Of a stretch of 20,000 bases of DNA, positions 8,564-17,667 are shown in pieces. The stretch spans positions 44,366 through 64,365 of the forward strand of contig KZ538554.1 of the NCBI GenBank assembly GCA_000934665.2, given 5' to 3'. Each line of letters begins with the position of its first letter. Within the stretch, counting starts at the first letter, position 1. The stretch is from Catajapyx aquilonaris. Lineage: Eukaryota. Under the pieces are notes generated by a model that worked only from the letters and a program-made list of their open reading frames with translations, did no database searches and was not told the DNA's origin. The position numbers and the translations under genes were made by a program.

Positions 8564-11448
8564 ACTCTAGAATTTCTACCTGGCAAAAATCAGTCGGGTC
8601 TATCTCCGCATCTGTGCTCAGCAGTCGCCAAATCAACAACCCTCTCTTGGGCTCCTCCTGGGCCTGAATGGTCTTGGGCTCTCCTTGGACAGGCATTTCC
8701 TTTGGAAATGGAGCTGTGGCAATGGCGGGCACTTGGTGAGGCCCGGCACGTCCCCCAATGCAAGGCCATTAGAGCTGACAATCTCCGCGAGAAATTGCCT
8801 CTTTGAAAATGCAGATTTTGTTGCGCGGGGCGGGGACGGGACGGAGCCCATACTTTTTCCCAGTAGGCAAATGTGTTAATCCCCTGTATGCGATACGGGG
8901 CCGGGGTTTTGTGATGGCAGTGCGCTAATCTCGTTTGATCGCCTCTTATTTTATCGCCTTCTCTACCTAACTCAATTACGGGCCTCCGACGTCCTCCAGC
9001 CATATTTTATCAGGACCTGATGCGAGCTTCAAATTAAGGCCAGGCTGCAGGAGCGATTCCAGGGGAATCTTTTCGGCTCCCCGCAGATGGCTTCGGATTC
9101 ACAAGGAAGCCGTAATCGCCTACTTGAAAGAACGAATGGCCATTTCAACCTATTGTTGGACTACTATTGGCTTACTAGACAGATGTTCCAATATCGGGTT
9201 CAGACCGCATTTATATCACTTTGTCACTCAATTCCTTTCTAATCACGTCAAAGAAGTCAAAATGGTTCATTCCGACTTGAAGAATGGTGGAGGAGCTATT
9301 ATTCTCAACAAACAACTGCTGGGCCAACTCGGATAATTTTGGTCAAATGACCTTAATTTCCGCTTTATCCGTCCTCTTTCCAAAGGCTATTGGGTAATTT
9401 GCATATGACAACTGCAATGGGCTAATAATACAGGACAAGCTACTATACCCCAAAATATTTTAAAATGCATAATTTTTGTTATTACTTATTAGCATCTAGT
9501 TCTGCATATAAGTTAACAAAAACACTGACTCTCCCATGTTATATGACTCGCAACATGTAGGCATCATAACCCACAATATATCGCAGCTGCAATCTTCTCA
9601 TTTTTACACGCCTGAAAACACCTTTCTCGGAATTAGACCTCATAAGATATCTCGTGAGACATATTTGTGCCATCTAATTCGTGTAACGTACATTTACCTA
9701 GGTCTAGCATCACCTGGGACAGTGCAAAGTACCGTAAGGAGATGCCATTATCGCGCCAGGGTGTCTAAGGAAATGTCCCGCTGCGCTGTCATTACCATAT
9801 ATCTGCTCTAAAGTACGAATAGCTTCCGTCCTTCTTTTTTTTTTAATTTTTCGACTTTCCCAGAGCTCATACCGTCCGCCCATTATGCAGGATCCCCGTC
9901 TCCTTTTCTTCATTCCACTCTTTCCGCGCTTTCTTTGCTGAAATCGTACTCGAATGGAATATTTTAATTGCGTTCGTTTTTCTTCTGTCCTATAGGTAAA
10001 GCAGTTCTCTTGAGAGAGTTTATATAAAATTTTATTTCCTCCGTGAAAACTGTATAAAATGTCTGTAGATAGTTCAGCCTATAGTTTATTCGAGCCAGTA
10101 TCACGACAGATTTCGCGGTGGAAACAGCGTACCACAAGAGACTTTCACGGCTGCATCTCTTGATATTTTTTTGTTGTTTCTTACGATTTTTTTTTGTGGC
10201 CACTCGAACGTCGGCACTCATGTGGCATAAATCACGCTTGGATTAATTCGTGACTAGGTATTAACAAAAAATGTTCATTGTATGCCTGCCATTCGGTCAC
10301 CAGATATAATTATTCTCCATGAAACACGCAGGCTTGGAAATAGGACTAAGCATCACGCACTTACTGAGATAATGCCAAGTGTAAGAAGAAAATGCACGTT
10401 ACAAGCAGCTTCACTTTGGGCGTTCCAGGCTGGGCTATCTAAAAGTATTTTGAATAACCGACAACAACAAAAAAACAAGTACAATGAAAGCATTCTTGTT
10501 AACACTGCTCCGCTTTTTCTGACAGCACCTGGATGACCCTTGTTGACACACCCTGAATATGGCAGCATGTCTGTCTGACAGACCCTCTGCAGTCAGTCTA
10601 AGGTCTACCTCAGTTAGAGACAGACAACGTGTCACATATGACGAGGAGAAAGGTGCGAGGACAGCGTGCAACTGGCTGTTTCCAGCCATAAAGGTGGTGG
10701 AAAAGGGGGTAAAACACCCGATTACCGAGGTACTGCTGGAAGTCGTGCGGGTCTTTGCTGGTGTAATTAGGAGAGCGGATAGCTTTTGATCGAAATGAAG
10801 AGGTCTGCAGCAGAGCAGAGGAGGAAGGTTGGGTCATCATCCGTGATGCAACTCACGCTCTGGAAAACCCGTTCTTCCCCCAGGTCTCCCGAACCAAAAG
10901 CCAGCCAGCATCATGAGAGTCTTAAGGTCCACCGGCACCTCACCTATTCGGTGGTTGGGGGGCCCAACATAGCAGAAGGCCAACTCTCTCCGCGCCTACT
11001 TCATCCAGAGTAATGGGTGTTTAGCAGGCGTGGCTGTCTTCACGCCGTAATCAGCCGGACGTTACCCCCTAACCCTCTGAGGCCAACTTGCATCCAATAC
11101 ACTCTGGTAGTTGTTGTTATTTTCACGTCACACCACACGGAGAAATTCCACGGACGTTCCATAAACTGGCAACTCTGTAATCAACGTCCAATCAAACCTC
11201 ATTATGCTGCGCCCAGTCAAGCTGCGCGCGCATCGTAACCGTTGCCAAATATCAGCCACCAGCGCCATTCTCTCAACATGGTAAATGCAGCCTAAGGGCT
11301 AGTCGTATCAGCAGAAATGAAAGGAAAATCTCTGATTACGTACAGGAATGCACAATATATTATAATGGTTGATTCACGGGCTCTCTCTGACGATCGGGGC
11401 GTCCCGTGATTCATGAGTGAGAGATAAAGCTAATATTCACTTAGCAGC

Positions 11449-11747
11449 GGGGCGGCTGCGCATGAGCCCCGAATCCTCATGCCCACTCCGCCCTGTCATC
11501 TTCATCTCCCGCCCGCTGACAGCTCACCTGGTCTCCCTTGTAGTTGCAAGGGGCAGCGCCCCGCCAGACCCACCGTGGCTTCGGGACTCGCCGCCAGGAC
11601 CCCCTGACGTCATGCGCGAAATCCAGGGGACCGACTTCCTGCGCATGACTCATCCATGACATGAGAGTCTCGCTGAAGAGATGCCATTTTCAGGATTGTG
11701 GAATGCTGGCTGGGTCTCTCTCTCTGGCTGTTTCGAGTGTGGGCGGG
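11449..11747. promoter_or_regulatory. GC/CpG-rich TATA-less promoter-like island
   Basis: Five GC boxes (11449, 11488, 11508, 11558, 11741), NRF1-like TGCGCATG at 11457-11464 and 11640-11647, CRE TGACGTCA 11605-11612, E2F GCGCGAAA 11614-11621, ETS ACTTCCTG 11634-11641, AP-1 TGACTCA 11646-11652 and YY1 core GCCATTTT 11683-11690. Confidence 0.5.
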
Positions 11748-12407
11748 CGTGATGGCCCAGGGGGCTCTGGGATCACGATTTCTGGCTCCTCCCTCCTCCT
11801 CCTTCCTTCCAACGTCTGCTCCCCCAACCCGTTCAGGTACGAGACCACCTATTGTAACCCGTGCCTAATTGACTCGTGTTGCTGGCTGCGAGCAGGGGTC
11901 GTACAGGCCAACACCGAACGCTTTTCAGGCCCAACACTTGCCGACCTCCCATTTTCTCCCTCATTCTTACCAAACAGGGAAGTTGAGGAGAGTATGAATA
12001 TCCTAGTCCTAATTAAACTCCAAACTGCTTTCGTGAGACACTGACCACGTTGTTTTAATTTGTGCCTCTGCTGATGGCTTCGGGACCATGAACTTCATTA
12101 AACTGCTGGGAGCTAGCTCTCCGAGTGCCCTAAGCACTGACTGGCAATTAGGATCCTTGGGTCGATCCGGCAAAATTGCCAATTAGTCCTCAGCTTTCAA
12201 CCTGAGCCGGGTTATCGCAGTTTTAAACCCCCGCGTGTTGAGAGAAAAGGAAAACTGTGCCTATTTGTGCCGGCAAAATGCGAGCTGGGGTTGTGGGTAC
12301 CGGAATCTATCAACACCAACATGATATGAGTGCCGTTTTACAGATTGGGTGAACACCATTTCACCAAATGAATCCAAGTCCGCGGTCATCCTGTGAGGTA
12401 GGCCGTG

Positions 12408-12661
12408 TGATTTATGAACCCACATGTTCGCAGATAAGCAAGGCGTGCGTGAAGGAGAGGATATACAGGTGTCCCCCTTCCCCCTCTCCACCTTCCCCTT
12501 GTAACTGTTCATCCTACTCTCCACCTCGAAAGGAATGCAATGATGGATATGCCTGAGTGTTACTCCCTACCACCTTTGCCAGGTGATGATATCATGGTGA
12601 AAATAGTACCTCTGAGAGGTAAAAAGTGTGTAGGCCGTTTTACCACCAGATAAAGCTGTCA
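12408..12661. promoter_or_regulatory. Second Pbx-Hox/Meis/GATA motif cluster
   Basis: TGATTTAT 12408-12415, AGATAAG 12432-12438, TGATGGAT 12541-12548, AGATAAA 12648-12654, CTGTCA 12656-12661. Confidence 0.22.
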
Positions 12662-13701
12662 AGTTAATTTTGCGTCTGCATGAGTTTGACTCGGGCTAAT
12701 TATTGGAACGGGAAAGAAATATTGGGTCTAAATCGCTTGGTGCCAAAAACAGCGTGCGACTCCCACACAAATATTTCAGCCAAATATAGCTAGACCTTTG
12801 TTTAAAAAATGGGGGCAGTTAAAACGACAGGACTTGGTACAGTATGCCACATTTCCCCCCTGCAGGTCTACACATGTGTCATCAACACTCATCACTTATA
12901 AAAGTGGTTCGAAATAATCGAAACTGGTCGTGCATTCTCAACGTGTGTGGCCGGCAGGTACGACATGAACGGACCAATCTGACAGAATATGTCATGCAAA
13001 CTTTACACGTCCGGGAAGTACATTTCCTGTTTGCACTGACAATTAGTGTTTTACCGCATGTTCCCAGAAGCTACAGTATAAACATGCTAGTACACTGGGA
13101 CATGACAGACAAGACAAATTGCAGACTCTCACGAGCTAAATAGCAGTGCATATATTTGCAAAAGACAATGCACTGGGTTACTCATGCGATCATACTTCCG
13201 GTGTACTTATCAATGGATAATCCGTATTAGGCCTAAATATTTTCAAAATATTAGTATTTCACAACTGTATATATTTTAACTGATAGGGAAGGGAATAACT
13301 GCGTACTTCCATTTCTTAAAAATCATTAATCACTATGAAATGTTTGATTACACTATGAAGTAACATATCCCGTGCATTTTCCATACTATTGTTTATAATG
13401 TGTCATTTTAATTATGTACATACCACGCCCATAAAAGTAAAACTAAAGTCGCTGGTGGCCCACCCTATTTTTAAGCCCGAGCCAGACTGTTCATTATAAA
13501 TGCGGCTGTCTGCCTTGACATACAAATGTACAAAACGTGTAATTCTCGCAGCTTTACTAAATCTCATCATTTGCAATCCCCAAAGCGCAGGAAGATTTAC
13601 AAAAGAGAGCCGTGCAAGAGGAGAAATTACGAGCCATATTTTTGTGTTGTAAAAACCCCCTCGGACGAATAATTCGACTCAGCATTGTAATATGACAAGG
13701 A

Positions 13702-13885
13702 TGGCGCCAAGTAGAGACCGCCACGTGGCGAAGAGCTCAGTTTTTGCAGCTAAATTATGTAGTGCGTAGGAAAAGAGGGGGGGAGGGGGGGTTCATTCCG
13801 AGCTCTCATTTGCAACGCAAAAAAATCTTCTAAAAGTGCGCAATCCTGCCCTAGGGATGGGAAACCTGGGTGTAATATTTCGCGC
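13702..13885. promoter_or_regulatory. E-box/E2F/G-tract promoter- or enhancer-like block
   Basis: TGGCGCCAA 13702-13710, the 12-bp palindrome CGCCACGTGGCG 13719-13730, two G7 runs at 13777-13791, and TTTCGCGC 13878-13885. Confidence 0.28.
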
Positions 13886-13982
13886 TTTTATTTTGTGTCA
13901 CTGGTCGGAAGAATCCGGCGGATAGGGTGGAAGAGAGGGCATTCCAAATTCAAGGGCTGTTGTCTCACGATCAGGATCCTCT

Positions 13983-14003
13983 CCCTCCACCCTCCACCCT
14001 CCC
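13983..14003 (-). other. G-quadruplex motif on the minus strand
   Basis: The plus strand reads ccc tcca ccc tcca ccc t ccc, which gives four G3 tracts on the minus strand. Confidence 0.55.
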
Positions 14004-16251
14004 TACCTCCATTCCAAAACTCATCTCTTCCCCCCCAAAACACCCAGCTATATGGTATTATATCGCACGAACGGGTAAGGAAAAAGTCGGGGTCGGAACA
14101 AGAGTGATGGAGATGACGATTTTCTACTTCAGTGGTGAAGAAAATTGAAGTTAATCGGATTAAGCGAGTAATTAGCCTACTGATAAAGAGCGTGGTCGGA
14201 AACAAAAGGAAGGGACTGGATGTTACTCCGTCGGATCTGTCCTACCGTACAGCTCCTTGTTGATTGCAAATTCATATCAAGACCTTATTGTGGAAGGTTC
14301 ATTACACAGGTTCAGAACCTACGCGTAGGGTAGGCTACTGTAAATTTTGTAGCACTGGCAGAGATTTGCTATGGAAACTGCTTGACAAATACAAAAATTA
14401 TGCCCCCCGAAAGGTATGATCTGTACAAGATTGTACACAATTCTATGAGATATATAGATACAAATACTGTAATAACCAAGGAGAGCAAATGTCAGAAGGG
14501 GATGTAGCTATTATATTAGTTCTACTATCGGCTTTTGCTGCGTCTCTCTCATTGGGATAAAAACGGTTAGACACGTTTTGATTTATATCCGGCTACATAT
14601 TCATGCTAAAATTAATCGATAATTTTGATACCACTGTTACGTAAATCATGAGTGCCTTCGCTTTAATTCTCTTGGCAACAATACCGCGAAAGTAATGGTT
14701 TCTATAGTCGGCCATCGATCCTCACGTTATTTTCCGCATGAATAGGCACTATACCATAGCACACTGGCAATGTCACTTATTTGTCACGAAGCAGAGCTGG
14801 AGTATAGGAATGGACTTCAGCTCAGGCAGGATGCACGTTCCAGAACCTCACATCTGTCAAACCTGAACTAAAATTTAATCTACAAAGGTCCGTGTGAAAT
14901 TACAGGTTGTGTTTCTTTTACTGCAGTAAACAGTGGTAGCAGGGATTAAATGTCAATGTACTCAACTAGATCTAATTACAAGCCATGTATTGCTTTCACA
15001 AAACAATATCAAGAGATATTCTATAGTCCTATTCGTAAGTGCTGAGCATCGCAAAATAATAATGAAATTAAATATTAAGTGTAAAAGAATCGAGTGTAGA
15101 ATGTAATTGTCGATTAGCTATTCGATTATGCGTGAGAAACACAATAATTAAAAATAAATGAACTTATAGTTTTATGTTTAAAGTACGTTATTAGGCGAGT
15201 GACAAGCGAATTATGAGATTTCTATGAAAATAACTAAGGTACATAGTTTCACAGTTCCTCAAGCAGAGCTGCAGTAGACTGATTTTCGTGCCAACGCTGC
15301 TGTGACATCAAGGGCCTTTATTTACAGTCGTCCAATGTTTGCCTTTCCGTGCAATGAATGCTCGTTGATCTTGAAGATTTTCCGAGAGTCTGCCTTGCCA
15401 ATATTTCTAAAGGCAAGGCGCTTTATTGTCAGATCTCGGAAGGCAGGCGGCTCCGATTGGCCAGCATGGCAAGAGTCACAAAGAGTCTGCCAAAATAGAG
15501 GCGTCCTTTTCAAACTAGACTGTACACTGTACAGGATTGCCAGCGCTTCATACACTGTATAGACGGAATCTTCACAGGTTCGAGTAACAATGAATTAAAA
15601 CCTTGACGTCAAGTTACTAGTCACAAAAGTTACAAATGTCAATACAGTTAATTTAGATTGTGAATATTGATGAATTTTTATCTTATGTCAGTCACACACA
15701 AATATGATCTATGGACGATATTCATATAATTTCTGAGTTCATAAGACTTGTAAGATAGCAGAATACATGGAGGTCCATTACTATGTTTTTCATGTTTGTG
15801 AGTCCTACTGGTCACGTACGAATGGCACTGTAACAGACTATGCATCACTTGGTTATCGTGGGCTAAATCCATATACTGCATATACATCCGATGCTGAAAA
15901 ACTGGGTCAGTGCCCGTTATAATTACCCAGCTAGCTGACGGCTGAAGGTCATAATAACTCTTCTTGTTACGTTTTACCCACTATTCAAGACCTCGTATTA
16001 TGTAACTGAATTGTAAAAAGCACTGGAACCTTGCTAGTAGGAAAATCTTATTTCAAACTTTCAGTAAAAGGTAACTTGGATTATCTCATAAACGCTGCGA
16101 TTACAAGTACAGCCTATACTTCTTGGCGAAGGGAATATTCTATAATTTTAATGGAACTGTTACCAGTATTATCTTTTCCAAAAGGGAAACGCATTTTTTC
16201 CTACCTGGCTTCTCATTTGTGTAAATGCCAGTTTCAAAGTTGTACAGTAAC

Positions 16252-16328
16252 TGAAGGGCTTCATGGAAGAAGGTGGTAACTAGATGGGAATTCCATCTAG
16301 TTACCCCCTTCTTCCATGGAGCCCTTCA
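16252..16328. repeat. Near-perfect inverted repeat, 36-bp arms with 2 mismatches
   Basis: 16252-16287 tgaagggcttcatggaagaaggtggtaactagatgg differs from the reverse complement of 16293-16328 (tgaagggctccatggaagaagggggtaactagatgg) only at 16261/16319 and 16274/16306. The centre is gaatt. Confidence 0.97.
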
Positions 16329-17627
16329 ATTGTTCTTTTTTTTCAAGTTTCAAATGGCCACAGAAGGCGCTAGGATAGTTCTATATGATTTTTTGGTTAT
16401 TTTTTGGCAATGGTAGCAGGCACCCAAGCTGTTCAGCAGGTGAAAGACACATGGCATGCTTATTCAAATAGGCCTGAAAAAATCGTCACAGTCACCCATA
16501 CCAACACGAAACGGATGCTTAATGTCCACTAAACAATCTGGCATACAGTTTCGCGTCCTATTATAGAAGTTAATGTTGTCGTCCAGAAGTTCAAATGGCT
16601 GCATTACCATTAAGAAAATATTAGGTTCTTTACTAAGAAAATTTAGAGCGCACGAAAACCCGCTGCATTATCTATTCGACATTTGGAGCAGCAAGTTTAA
16701 TCGCCAGGTATAATAGAACTGGCTCTGAAAGATTTGAAATGAAATGAAGCGTAACATTTTGACACCGAACGAAGATTTACACTAATGTAAGTTTCTAAAA
16801 GTGGTATTTTTTTCTCATCAAGTGAATTACCGCGAGTTCGGTTTGCGGCTCTCCCCTGGAATAAAAGTTGATAATGAGTCGGCAGGGAATTTTAAAGATC
16901 AAATTGATTGCGAGGAATAGGCAATTTGGAACTTGCATTGCGAGGACTCGCTGAAGTAATCACTTCTCAGTCATAATAGAATCATTTCGAGTTGATGGCG
17001 ACCAGGAAAGGGCCAGTGATTTTTCATTCCAACAGCAGCCAGTAGCTCCAATTGTCATACTAAACTTCTTTTACATCACCACGCTCCATATTTCATTGTT
17101 CACTCAAAGTATGCTGTACTTAGGATGAAATCAGGCTGATAAGAAATCCATTTGGTAACGCAAGATTGCCTGACATTTCTATACTTATTTAATTATATAT
17201 AAGTTGGTCACGATTTGTGAATCACGAGGTGGATAATATTATACGTGCTTGACCACATGAAATGGGGCAGGAGGCCTATTCCCATCGGGCCAGCAGTCTC
17301 GTAAAGCACGAGTCGGGATAACTCTTGTTCCCACAATGCTAATGTCTTCATCGGAGCCTCAATAATTTGAACTGCATTTTTACCAGGAGACGTGACGACC
17401 ATCGACTTTTCTTGCCACTCTTGCCCTTCTCTTATATACCTCGGCTACTCAACTCCGCGGCTTTCCTTTGTGCTTTTCACCTTCCACATCCAAAGCTGCC
17501 ATTATTCACAGCTTTTTGGAAATGGTGGAGGACCGGCGGAGCCTAATTACAAGGAGGAAATTACTGCGGAGGAAAGGAAGAGACATGGTGGAAGAGGAGG
17601 AGGTGGTGGGGAAGGTGTTATAGAAAA

Positions 17628-17667
17628 GGGGCGGGGAAGAAGTTTCCTGGTGAAAAAGCCCACGTGG
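17628..17667. promoter_or_regulatory. GC box, ETS-like site and E-box in a purine-rich block
   Basis: GGGGCGGGG 17628-17636, TTTCCTGG 17643-17650, CCACGTGG 17660-17667. Confidence 0.22.

Noticed and set aside
8645..8698. Degenerate 27-bp tandem duplication (tcttgggctc twice); also attgcgagga twice at 16907 and 16937
   Set aside because: Only 10 bp are identical in two copies, about what chance or trivial slippage gives. Neither forms an array.
2258..9808. Inverted 12-mer match GAGCAGATATAT (2258-2269 versus 9797-9808)
   Set aside because: Many 12-mer matches are expected by chance within 20 kb, and the similarity extends only a few bases further, across an indel.
11067..11076. CCCTAACCCT as a telomerase RNA template
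   Set aside because: A 10-nt telomeric permutation is not rare in 20 kb. I could not build a convincing pseudoknot downstream and recognised no other telomerase RNA domain.
14296..14314. GGTTCA direct repeat as a retinoic acid response element
   Set aside because: The spacer is 7 nt, not the canonical DR1, DR2 or DR5 spacing.
15618..15630. TAGTCACAAAAGT, matching part of miR-153
   Set aside because: The 5' seed does not match and there is no precursor hairpin.
16403..16416. TTTGGCAATGGTAG, matching the 5' part of vertebrate miR-182
   Set aside because: The 3' part diverges and I found no complementary arm nearby to form a pre-miRNA.
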